This document shows, one piece after another, positions 1 through 9,231 of a stretch of DNA of 64,000 nucleotides (its first letter is position 1; each line of letters starts with the position of its first letter). The stretch is from an uncultured Verrucomicrobiae bacterium (GTDB taxonomy: Bacteria > Verrucomicrobiota > Verrucomicrobiia > Palsa-1439). The stretch is taken from positions 58,192 to 122,191 of the forward strand of contig CAWEWF010000003.1 in assembly GCA_963812605.1 (NCBI GenBank), in the 5' to 3' direction. The notes beneath the pieces were generated by a model. The model made no database searches. It was not told the origin of the DNA and worked only from the letters and a program-made list of their open reading frames with translations. The translations under genes were made by a program, and so were the position numbers.

Positions 1-1307
1 CAGCCGCCGTCCTTGCCCTGCATACCGAGGACCCAGCGGGTCCCGCGACGGATGGCGGCGAATTTCTCGCGATCGAACTCCGTGCTGACGCGGTTCAAGG
101 CCATCAAGACCATGGCGGTGTCGTCAACATCGGGATAGAATTCGTTGTCGTATTCGAAAAACCACGCGCCCACGGGTTTGTTCGGCTCAGTATAGCGATG
201 GCTCTCGGAATGTTTCACGCGCCAGTCACCGGGACGGCGCACTTCCTTGTCCAACAGCCAGCGGGTGGCGGATTGCAGCGCGGCATGGTCGGCGGACAGG
301 CCGGACTCATGAAGGGCATTGATGCTGATGGCGGTATCCCACACCGGGGAGAAGCAGGGCTGCAAGCGCAGCGTGTCACCTTCCTCGATTTCGAGTTTTT
401 CCATCTCGCGGATGCCGTGGACGACGAGGTAACTCTCGTTGCTGTAACCCAGCACACGCAGGGACATGACGTAGTTGGCCATGGCGGGGAAAATCGCGCC
501 CAGGCCGCCGGGTGTCCGGCCATGCTCGATGACCCAGCGTTCCGCCTTGCGGAGCGCGAAGCGGCGCACGAATGGCACGGGATGATGGCGGTGGACGAAT
601 TTCAGCAGGTGGTCAACCAGTAGAAAGAAATTGTGCCAGGTGCAGGTCCGTTCGTCCCGCGCCAGGCGGATGTCGGCTTTTTCGCGTCCGCCGACCCAGA
701 GTTCATCCAACTGCCATTCGCGGGGAAGGGGCTTGACGGGTTCACAGGAGCGGATGATCGACAGCGGCACGAGCATGGCCCGCGACCACGAGGACATATT
801 GTAAATGCTAAAGCTGAACCACTTCGGGAGAAGAATTAGTTCTGGTGGAATCGCCGGGCAACCGCCCCACGGATAGAGGCCGATCATGGCGAGGGCGATC
901 TTCGTGAAGGTGTTGCAGCGCGTCATCCCGCCGGCGGCGAGGATCGCGTCGCGGGTCTTGACCATGTGCGGGGCGTTGACGGAATCGCCGGCCATTTTGA
1001 GGGCGAGGTAACCCTTGACGGAGGCGCTGAACTCCATCGGGCCGTCGGGATAGATGGACCAGCCGCCATCGTAGAGGGCCTTGGAGCGAACGTAATTCGC
1101 CACCTTGCGGACGATCACCGGGTCGAGTTTGTCAATAAAATGGAGGTAAAAGAGGTACTCGGACTCCAGAATGGTGTCGCCCTCCAATTCGGCGCACCAA
1201 TGCCCGTCGGAGGCCTGCTGATCCAACAACCAATCCTGCGCTCCCGAGATAGCACCTTCGAGCTGCTCAATTAGCTGTAGATAAGAATCTTCCTTCGCTT
1301 GAATCAT
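1..1307 (-). CDS. shc: Squalene-hopene cyclase (5' part; runs off window start)
   Basis: Manual translation from ATG at 1307 (RBS GAAGGAGG upstream): QQASDGHWCAELEGDTILESEY, DGGWSIY and the catalytic FYPDVDDTA motif near position 120. Not in the ORF track because its stop lies outside the window. Confidence 0.95.
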   Translation of the reverse strand, partial: MIQAKEDSYLQLIEQLEGAISGAQDWLLDQQASDGHWCAELEGDTILESEYLFYLHFIDKLDPVIVRKVANYVRSKALYDGGWSIYPDGPMEFSASVKGYLALKMAGDSVNAPHMVKTRDAILAAGGMTRCNTFTKIALAMIGLYPWGGCPAIPPELILLPKWFSFSIYNMSSWSRAMLVPLSIIRSCEPVKPLPREWQLDELWVGGREKADIRLARDERTCTWHNFFLLVDHLLKFVHRHHPVPFVRRFALRKAERWVIEHGRTPGGLGAIFPAMANYVMSLRVLGYSNESYLVVHGIREMEKLEIEEGDTLRLQPCFSPVWDTAISINALHESGLSADHAALQSATRWLLDKEVRRPGDWRVKHSESHRYTEPNKPVGAWFFEYDNEFYPDVDDTAMVLMALNRVSTEFDREKFAAIRRGTRWVLGMQGKDGG

Positions 1308-1380
1308 ACTTTCTGCGACTCCTCCTTCAACCTGTAGCAAGGGAACACTACAATACGGTAACCGGCGTTGTAAAGCTGAT

Positions 1381-3834
1381 TTACGGTAGGTGATTTCCCG
1401 TATTATTACCCCAAAAATTTCCTAGTTCCGTTGCCAGATTGTAACCGGCTTTGGCACTGGCCATACTTTCAGACCAATCGGGTGGGAAAAGCGTCGAGTA
1501 CTGCGGCTGCGCAAAGCGTTGGCACACAAGCACTGCCACGCCCAAATCCGACTCCGAACGGATCAGGCGGCCAACGGATTGGATGACGCGATTCATGCCC
1601 GGGTAGAGGTAGGCAAATTCGAAGCCTTTGCCGTAATGTTCCTCATAGTATTGACGCATCAGTTCCCGCTCGAAACTCACCTGCGGGAGGGCTGGACTGA
1701 CGATGATCACGCCCAAGAGGGTTTCCCCCGGATAATCGACGCCTTCGGCGAACAGTCCGCCTTGAACGGCAAAGATCAGCTTTGGCGGCTGGGGCTCCTT
1801 GAGGGATTCCAAAAGCGCAAGGCGCTGTGGCTCGGACATTTTCGGTTCCTGGACGATCACCTCCCAGAGACCGTTGGGCAGCCGGCTCGCCACGCCGCGC
1901 ATGAAGTCGTAACTCGGGAACAGGGCCATGTAGTTTCCGGGCCGGGCGGCGGCAGTGGTCGCGACGATATTGGCGATCTTGCCGTAATGGGCGACCCGCG
2001 CCCGATAGGTGGTCGAAACGGTCGGTACGACAATGATGCGCCGGTTCTCCTTGGGGAAGGGTGAGGGGAAATTCGCCTGGTCGGTCCGCTCAGGATCGAA
2101 GCCAAGCATTTTTCGGTAGAACTCCATCGGGTCGAGAGTGGCCGACATCGCGATGACGCTGTGGAAACCTTCGAGCCGTTGCGCCAACTGCCGCGAGGGG
2201 TCTTTGCAGACGATCTTCAGCGCTTCGCCGCCCGTCGTGTCGTAGATGTAGGAGAACTCCTCGCCTTCCATCGCCAGCACGCCGCAGAACTGGCCGAGCG
2301 CCGAGAAGAATTCGTCCACGGGATCATCGGGGATGACGCGTCCGCTGGTTGTTTTGTCCAACAGGTAGCGCATCGACAGTTTGCTGAACATCGGCTTGAG
2401 TTCGTCGAAAAAACCGCGCGGTGAGGGAATGAGGTATTTGTCCTGGGCGAGTTCGGCGTCGTCGAGTTGGGTGTATTCGTCGGCCTTGGGACGGGTCTGC
2501 TGGCGGAAGAAGTCATCGATTTCGTCGAGGAACTTGCGGAGTTCTTTTGCGAGGGACGGCTCGACGTGGCGCAGGTTGCCGTGCAGGTCGCGGATCTGCT
2601 GGCGTGAGAGAGCGGGGGAATAATATTCCAACGCGCGCTGCACGAGATTGTGCGCTTCGTCGATGATGAGGATGGCGTCCGAGTAATCGGCGTCGAGGAA
2701 GAAGCGGCGGAAGTAGACCTGTGGGTCGAAGACGTAGTTGTAGTCACAGACGATCACATCGGTCAGCTCGGCCTCGATCAGGGCGAGTTCAAAAGGGCAC
2801 AGGCTTACGCCGCGACCCGCTTCCATCATGGCTTCGGGAATGATGAGGCGTTGCGCGAGCAGACGGTTCACCACGCCGGTGCCTTCCAGTTTGGCCTGGA
2901 AGTCGCGGAGATGCGGACAGAATTCCTCGCGGCAGGCGTAAACGTCATTGATGCACATGCTCTCGCGTGCGCGAAAGAAGACGGCATTCGGATGGGCCGC
3001 GCGGTCTGCGCCCATGCGCTGGAGAGTTTCGCGGACGATTTGTTGCTGGGTATTCTTGGCGGTGACGAAGAAGACGCGTTTATCGTGGGCGAGCGCGTAC
3101 TTAACCACGGGATAGAGCGCCGCGGTGGTTTTGCCCACGCCGGCGGGAGCGGAAACGAGCAGGTGACGGCCTTCATTCAGGGCATGCTCGACCGCCGCCA
3201 TCATTTCGCCTTGGTGCGCGCGGGGTTTGTCGTGCGGGAAATGGAGCGAACCGGAATGCGTGCGGCGTTCTTCCTGGCGGCGTTGTTCTTCCTGCGCTCG
3301 CGCGATAAGCGAACGCACGCGGTCGGCGATGAGGCGCTCGCAGTCGTCGAACGGCCCGCGAATTTCGACTTCCTTCGTGGTCCCATCCGCCACATTCACG
3401 AAGACCAGGCGGCCGAGGGCGCTTTTCTGTTCTTGTTCGATGAAGAAACAGTAGAGGCGGAGTTGCTCGACGTAATGCGGATAGGAATTCGCGTCCAGCG
3501 CCGCGAACACGAGCGGCGGCAGGACGACAGACTTGATTTCCTCGATCACATACGCGCCGCCGTTGTGGGGCGGATGAACGCCGTCGATGCGTCCCGAGAT
3601 CGTCACGTCGAACCCATCGACAACGGCCTTGTGGCGGACGGTGATTTCCCGCGCGTACCCTTCGTACAACCCGGCCTGCGTGCGCTGGTGCGTCACATGC
3701 GCCTCGCGTCCCAGCGCCAGCCGCGTCCAGACCCCGAGACCCGCGACGCGATTGCCATTGGAGACCGGCTCCGCGACGATGTCGCCGACGCCGAGGGCGA
3801 TCTTCTTTTGGGCCAACTGAATCTTGATGGACAT
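1381..3834 (-). CDS. Rad3/XPD/DinG-family Fe-S ATP-dependent DNA helicase with N-terminal PD-(D/E)XK (RecB/Cas4-like) domain
   Basis: APAGVGKT Walker A, four Cys of the Fe-S cluster (MC..AC..FCP..LCP), IIDEAHN, SATL, QSVGRLIRSE. N-terminus has GRIDG..IEEIKS..EQLRLY. Start placed at MSIKIQ. Confidence 0.9.
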   Translation of the reverse strand: MSIKIQLAQKKIALGVGDIVAEPVSNGNRVAGLGVWTRLALGREAHVTHQRTQAGLYEGYAREITVRHKAVVDGFDVTISGRIDGVHPPHNGGAYVIEEIKSVVLPPLVFAALDANSYPHYVEQLRLYCFFIEQEQKSALGRLVFVNVADGTTKEVEIRGPFDDCERLIADRVRSLIARAQEEQRRQEERRTHSGSLHFPHDKPRAHQGEMMAAVEHALNEGRHLLVSAPAGVGKTTAALYPVVKYALAHDKRVFFVTAKNTQQQIVRETLQRMGADRAAHPNAVFFRARESMCINDVYACREEFCPHLRDFQAKLEGTGVVNRLLAQRLIIPEAMMEAGRGVSLCPFELALIEAELTDVIVCDYNYVFDPQVYFRRFFLDADYSDAILIIDEAHNLVQRALEYYSPALSRQQIRDLHGNLRHVEPSLAKELRKFLDEIDDFFRQQTRPKADEYTQLDDAELAQDKYLIPSPRGFFDELKPMFSKLSMRYLLDKTTSGRVIPDDPVDEFFSALGQFCGVLAMEGEEFSYIYDTTGGEALKIVCKDPSRQLAQRLEGFHSVIAMSATLDPMEFYRKMLGFDPERTDQANFPSPFPKENRRIIVVPTVSTTYRARVAHYGKIANIVATTAAARPGNYMALFPSYDFMRGVASRLPNGLWEVIVQEPKMSEPQRLALLESLKEPQPPKLIFAVQGGLFAEGVDYPGETLLGVIIVSPALPQVSFERELMRQYYEEHYGKGFEFAYLYPGMNRVIQSVGRLIRSESDLGVAVLVCQRFAQPQYSTLFPPDWSESMASAKAGYNLATELGNFWGNNTGNHLP

Positions 3835-4373
3835 TGCCGTAGGAATACAGTAGTCAGGAGGAGAAGGCAAAAAGGTAGAAAGCCGAAAGCGCAATGGGGA
3901 GCGGGCCGAGGCTGCGTGTAGTATTCCACACGAAAACCCCTGGAATTTTTCTGATGCAAAAAAGCGAAACCAGTGTGAGAGAAGGAGTGGGCCATGTTCA
4001 TGGAGTTGATACATATGAAAGATATGTATCAGGCTCTGGGAACACACACAGAACGCGGCACGATAAATCACGGAGGCACGGAGAACACAGAGATGGTGGA
4101 CAGCGCTGGCGACCGACCCCGAAGGGATCCGCCGTCGCCAAGCCTATGGCACGATGAGGGAGTTTGGAATTAGTAGCCAGTAACCGAGTAGCCGAGGGGA
4201 GAGAAGGCCGGAATACAGAGAGCGGAGATGGGGAACCCGTGACGGAGAAGGGCCAGGGGGAAGATTGGGAATTGGAGATTTGATATTGGGGAGGCGGAAG
4301 GGGGAATCGGCGGTCCCTTCGGTCAGACTCAGGGCAGGCGTAGACTGCCGCAAGGAATTATGAAGCTGAAATC

Positions 4374-4398
4374 TGCGCTTCACAGAAGCGCCGCTACA
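4374..4398 (-). repeat. GTAG-type REP palindrome
   Basis: Reverse complement TGTAGCGGCGCTTCTGTGAAGCGCA; same family as the copies at 59780 and 63762. Confidence 0.6.
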
Positions 4399-4556
4399 GC
4401 GGGCCAGTTTGTTCTGGACATCGGATTCCGATAATTGTATGATGCGGGCTAAACAAATGAACACTCAACTTCTAACGTTCAACGCGGAAGTCTCAAGGGG
4501 CGGAAATACGACGTGCAGCGTCTCGCTTCGCTCGGTTCCGTCCGACTCGGCTCCCC

Positions 4557-6053
4557 TCACCCAAGCCCTAAGCGTTGCTGGTTTTTACACGCTTCTTCAG
4601 AAGATGGTAGGTGCGAGAAGCTTATGTCAATTTCGCCGTCGCCGATGACGATCTTTTCCAGGAGACTTTCAACAATCTTCCGCTTGTCATCCGAAGCCAT
4701 GGCGGGCCAACGGTCGTAGAGGGTGTTGGCTTCATGCAAGATATCGTCGGCGGAGAGCTTATTGACTTTGAGGAAATCAACCTCCGCCTGGAGTCTCGGA
4801 AGTTCGGAGACAAGCTGGTTCAACCGCTCCTCGGCGGGTTTGTAGAACTGCCCAAAGCCTTGGGCGGTGATCTGGCCTTCGAGATACAACCGATGGGTAC
4901 GGGTCATTTCGTCTCGGACTTTCTGCAACTCCCGTTGGTGTGTATCGAGCAAGGCTTGTTTCTCGGCAAGATTTCTGTCCGCTTCCTGCAAATGCCCAGC
5001 AATACGCTCAGGCTGGCCAAAGAACGCCTTCAATTCTTGATGGACGATGGTTTCCAGGTCCACGATCGGGATCTTGTTGTGGCATTTGCGGCAGAAGTAC
5101 TTGGGATTATCAGCACGGACATACATCTTGTGGCCACACGCGCAATGCGCCAGACCGCTGAATAAGTGCACCGGCGGTTTGCCCGGTTTCTTCCATGATT
5201 TAAGCTGCTCTTCGACGATCTGATTGACCTGATTCCACAGGGCTTCGGGAATGATTGACTCGCATTCGACCTTTCCCCATTCACCCTCGGGTTTAGGTTC
5301 GGCGCGCCACGATCCAGTATGGTGGAAGCGGTTAAAATAGTAGACTCCCTTGGCGCTGGGATCGACAAGGATGCGCAGAACCGAGGTGTCGCGCCAAATT
5401 GCACCGTCACGGGTGCGATAGCCGGCGGCGTTAAGAACCCTAGCGACATTGCCCTTGCGTCGGTTCGCCAGAAAGAGTTCATACGCTTTGCGACGAATCG
5501 CTGCCTCTTCTGGCTGGACGATCAACTTGCGATCTTTCCATCTATAGCCATACGGGGCACTGCCATTGATGGACTTGCCCATCTTGGCGCGGGTCAGGAC
5601 GGACGCATTCACACGTTCGGTAATTTCCTCCCGTTCCCATTGGGCGAACACCCCGAGCAGATGAAAAAACATGCGCCCGGCGGTGCTGGTGTCGATGGCT
5701 TCACTCAAAGAAATGAGATCGGCCTGGTGCTTGTTAAAGAAATCGGCAAAGTCTTCCAGTTCGCGACGGTTGCGGGACAGACGGGCCAATTTGGAAAAAA
5801 CCAACCCAGTGATATGGCCGCGCTCTACATCTTTCATCATCCGCTTGGCTTCGGGGTGCTGCATGACGGCCTTGCCGCTTTGTCCGGCCAGGTCATAGAC
5901 CTCTTTGACCTGCCAGCCGCGGCTCTTGGCGTAGCTGCGCGCGCGTTCCTTGTGATGTTCCGGGCTTTCGCCTTTGGCTTGGTCTTCGGTGCTGACACGA
6001 ATCCAGATGCCAACAGACTTATCACTTAATTCCTTCAATGAGGCAGTTTTCAC
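4557..6053 (-). CDS. Large serine recombinase (integrase)
   Basis: GIWIRVSTEDQ catalytic Ser motif, SKLARLSRN, APYGY recombinase domain, zinc ribbon CACG..FCRKC and coiled coil. Start uncertain (GTG 6053; frame open to 6089). Confidence 0.95.
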   Translation of the reverse strand: MKTASLKELSDKSVGIWIRVSTEDQAKGESPEHHKERARSYAKSRGWQVKEVYDLAGQSGKAVMQHPEAKRMMKDVERGHITGLVFSKLARLSRNRRELEDFADFFNKHQADLISLSEAIDTSTAGRMFFHLLGVFAQWEREEITERVNASVLTRAKMGKSINGSAPYGYRWKDRKLIVQPEEAAIRRKAYELFLANRRKGNVARVLNAAGYRTRDGAIWRDTSVLRILVDPSAKGVYYFNRFHHTGSWRAEPKPEGEWGKVECESIIPEALWNQVNQIVEEQLKSWKKPGKPPVHLFSGLAHCACGHKMYVRADNPKYFCRKCHNKIPIVDLETIVHQELKAFFGQPERIAGHLQEADRNLAEKQALLDTHQRELQKVRDEMTRTHRLYLEGQITAQGFGQFYKPAEERLNQLVSELPRLQAEVDFLKVNKLSADDILHEANTLYDRWPAMASDDKRKIVESLLEKIVIGDGEIDISFSHLPSSEEACKNQQRLGLG

Positions 6054-6063
6054 AGCACATACC

Positions 6064-6080
6064 GTAGTCATTATGACTAC
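6064..6080. promoter_or_regulatory. Palindromic operator between integrase and divergent HTH gene
   Basis: Perfect 8-bp arms GTAGTCAT-T-ATGACTAC in the short divergent intergenic region. Confidence 0.6.
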
Positions 6081-6132
6081 ACTTTGCAAGAATAAAGTGG
6101 CCTTGTGTCCAAGTTGTTTCTACACTGGTGGC

Positions 6133-6369
6133 GTGCCAAAAGACACTCAAGTGAATGAGACGGATCTGGCAGCCCTCGCCAAAAGGTGTCGCGAGGCGTC
6201 GGGTAAGAATCGCGCGCAAGCGGCCCGCGAACTCGGCGTGGCGCGTCCGACGCTAATCCAAGCGGAGGATAGCCCCGATAAAAGTTTGTTTAAGCTGCGC
6301 AAGCGAATCATTGAAAAATACTCTCCCTACAGGCTAGTTGGCCCCGTATACTGGCTGAGGCGGAAGTAG
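6133..6369 (+). CDS. Small XRE-like HTH protein (regulator or recombination directionality factor candidate)
   Basis: KRCREASGKNRAQAARELGVARPTLIQAE HTH; GTG start just after a TACACT -10-like hexamer. Confidence 0.75.
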   Translation: MPKDTQVNETDLAALAKRCREASGKNRAQAARELGVARPTLIQAEDSPDKSLFKLRKRIIEKYSPYRLVGPVYWLRRK

Positions 6370-7215
6370 CGTCGGTCGGCCAAATCAACCGCCGGCTGCA
6401 AGTCGCCGAATACGATCAAACAGCCGGCGCCTGAACATTTCTTCATAAACGCCCTTGGGTAGGTGATTTCGGACCCACTGCATTGAGTCGACCGTGTTTT
6501 CAACAATCCACCGGCGATCACCGTGGCCGATAATTCACTAGCATTCTCCCGATTAGAAACTGCAAGAAAGGGAATTCCAGCCGTTTCGTCTTCAGCAAGT
6601 GTGCTTGGGTTTCCCGAGACAAAGAACAATTTTGCGGTCGGTTCGGAATGACCTACCAAAATAATCCGTGTTCGCGGCAACGTTAGCCAAATTGGGAACC
6701 CAGTCAACCGGGTTCGGTCTTCGTCGCGACGAGATCGCTGTCGTTTGCGATAGCAATCTCAATCGGTCCCGGGCTTCACGGTCAACAGCGGGTTATCTGT
6801 AGCGATTTTCTGGTGCGCGACAGCGATAGAAGCGAGCGAATCCGCAGCTTCTGAAACATACTCTGTCTGACTCATTGGTGAAGACATCAACGTCCAGCAA
6901 TAGAAGTGCCCGCACAATTTCGTGATGGCCGATATGCCACGGCTGGTAACGGCCCGCGAAAATTAACGTAGCGGACGTGAGTCGCTTGTACAGATATTCA
7001 GGAACGTAAATGCCAATGGGGTGACGTTGCTTAATCATCGAAGAACCCCCATAAGGCCCGAAGAAAACCGGTATATGGCCATCATGACTAAATCGCTCAA
7101 TGGCCGGCTGGCTATCAACATCGAAGAAAAAAACGTGTTGCCGCTTTAGTGGTACGCCGATTGCTTGACTACCCGGTGGCTGTTCCTGTATATTTGAGGG
7201 TGTGGTTTGGGGCAT
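6327..7215 (-). CDS. NMN adenylyltransferase (NadM)-like cytidylyltransferase-family protein, frameshifted
   Basis: FAGRYQPWHIGH (HxGH), then in shifted frames IAVAHQKIATDNPL, FFVSGNP and ELSATVI, matching the ordered motifs of archaeal-type NMNAT (GRFQPFHxGH / NPF / YSGNP / SGTEIR). Confidence 0.65.
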
Positions 7216-7471
7216 ATGTTCCTCCTTAGCGGGTGGACTGTCTCTGGCCATACCCGGGCTCGTTCCGCAAGAACGAGCCTATTTTTTTATTTTAGTCGCC
7301 TCACTTTCGCCATCTTCTCCTCTCACCGAACTGCTGCATTACAGCGTACATTTTACCATCTAAATTTATGGCAGTCAAGACCGTACAATATTTGTGGTTT
7401 CAAAGTAGGCCATGTGGAGTATAGTGAGAGGGTCAGGAACGGCCTAAACAGGATTTCGGGATAAAGAGCTT

Positions 7472-7967
7472 ATGATGAAGAAGGACAGTAAGAACATGGG
7501 GAAGGCTTTGGATGTAATCAGCAATGGTTGGGCAATGGCACGAATATTGAGCGAGCACGGGCGGGCGACTACCTCACCGCTTGGCTTCCAAGGCTTAGAT
7601 CCGCGTGAGTTTTTGGTTGTGAAACTCGTGGAGAAGTTTCCTGGACATGTTTCGCAGAAATTGATCACGATCCTCTTTGGAATTCAATTTGGCCAGCAAG
7701 CCAAAGGTGAAGCACCTCGAGAAGCTTGACATCCTGAAGCCGTCAGAACGCGGCAAACCGTTGGTGTTAAGCAAAAATGGTCTCCAAGCGGTTGAAAAAT
7801 TGCAGAGGATACAGGCAAGTCGTTTTATTCCCTTGTTTACGGGTTTAAATGACAAAGAGTTCGACCAATTGATTGTGGTAATGGGAAAAGTCGATAAGGC
7901 AGCAACCCGCCTTGTTGAAGAACGGCTTTTCGGCAAACCGCCGGTGGACGAAGAGTTTTTGAGTTAA
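7472..7967 (+). CDS. MarR-like winged-helix regulator, frameshifted near 7700
   Basis: ORFs 7472-7729 and 7677-7967 join into a MarR-like protein (LDPREFLVVKLV..VKHLEKLDIL..LVLSKNG..LFTGLNDKEFDQL). Confidence 0.65.
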
Positions 7968-8188
7968 TGTAGATTGGATTATTTGTCATGCCTGTTGTCC
8001 AAATTTCGTTTGCCCCCTAGGGGAGGAACCCGGCGGTGGCGCAAACCTGGATCTTTCATGCGGGGGAAGGCCCCGTCAGAGTCTGCTCAAACTGCGGATA
8101 TGGATGATTGAAGCGTATTCACCATTGGTTGTCCGGCCGGTCTTCCTTTTGAAAAAGAAATGACGATTCCAAAAGGTGCATGGCGGGA

Positions 8189-8439
8189 TTATCTGGCTTT
8201 GGCAGCTTTGTAGGCTCGCCTAACCAACTCACCGAGATCAACTTCTAGGGCGGCGGTCATACGCAAAACTGTTTCCAGTGAAGGATTTCTCATGCCTCGC
8301 TCCACGTAGCCGATCATTTGCTCGGATAAACCAGACCGTTCGGCCATGGCATATTTGGAGAGTTTCTGGCGTTCCCGCTCCTCGCGGAGTAGACGGGCGA
8401 CCTGCACGCAAACCGCATGATATGTTTATCCGGCAACAT
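8189..8439 (-). CDS. XRE-family HTH transcriptional regulator
   Basis: LREERERQKLSKYAMAERSGLSEQMIGYVERGMRNPSLETV; probable ATG at 8439 with a frameshift near the 5' end. Confidence 0.85.
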
Positions 8440-8464
8440 GCGTGAGTGTTATGCAAAGAAGAGC

Positions 8465-8493
8465 TTGACATAATACTTCACAGTAGTTACGTA
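8465..8493 (+). promoter_or_regulatory. Sigma70-like promoter, probably leaderless
   Basis: TTGACA (8465) - 17 bp - TACGTA, with ATG at 8500. Confidence 0.5.
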
Positions 8494-8499
8494 GTAGGC

Positions 8500-8737
8500 A
8501 TGATTCGCAGACGACTTGGTCCCGATCCTCACGCCGATGGCGCACAGACAGTAGCCCTCAGCGGCTGTCCGGTAATTTTGAACTCGAATCCGGGGACTTC
8601 GCGGTAATTGGGATCGATATTACAGCTACGACCGTACAACACCTGCCGCCCAGCGCTGGGTCGCCGGATGAGTGCATTTGCTTGTCCCGCGCAAGACGCT
8701 CGTTCTTGCCAGGCCTGATATCCCGAAGCAAATCTAG
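8500..8737 (+). CDS. Small conserved hypothetical protein, frameshifted
   Basis: Reconstructed MIRRRLGPDPHADGAQTVALSGCP-IFELESGDFAVIGIDIT..LPPSAG..PRKTLVLARPDIPKQI; not called in the ORF track. Confidence 0.6.
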
Positions 8738-8779
8738 CTACTTTGTGCCCTTCGTCCGGCTCCGGTATAATACGGAGTC

Positions 8780-9231
8780 ATGGAGGTGTCCTCATGGATT
8801 GCAGAACACTGGTTCGATGCGATTCAAACCGTCGGCATCATCGGCGGACTGTTGTTCACAGCGTTTGCTATGCGAAGAGATGAAAAGGCCAGAAGAATCA
8901 GCAATCTGGTGTCGATGACCGATCAGTATCGGCAAATTTGGAAAGAAACCTACGAGCGACCGAAGTTATCCGCGTGTTGGAAAAACATGTGGATGTGAAT
9001 GCGCAGCCCCCTTCGGATGAGGAAAGCCTATTCATCAATTTTCTGATTCAACACTTGGATTGTGTCTATGAGGCGATGAAGGACGGGATGTTCATCGCCT
9101 TGGAAGGGATGCGGGCCGACATCAAAGAATTCTTCTCGTTGCCGATTCCCAAAGCGGTTTGGGAAAAGTCCAAGCGACTACAGAATCAGGGTTTTGTCAG
9201 ATTTGTCGAGGCCTGCCTGCGTGAACACTAG
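8780..9231 (+). CDS. Single-TM hypothetical protein (DUF6082/DUF4760-like), frameshifted
   Basis: ORFs 8780-8998 and 8938-9231 join: N-terminal TM (IQTVGIIGGLLFTAFAM) followed by a helical domain ending W..SK..QNQGFVRFVE. Confidence 0.6.

Noticed and set aside
3835-4071. 79-aa N-terminal extension of the helicase ORF
   Set aside because: It reads as AT-richer intergenic/promoter sequence; the conserved-looking protein starts at MSIKIQ.
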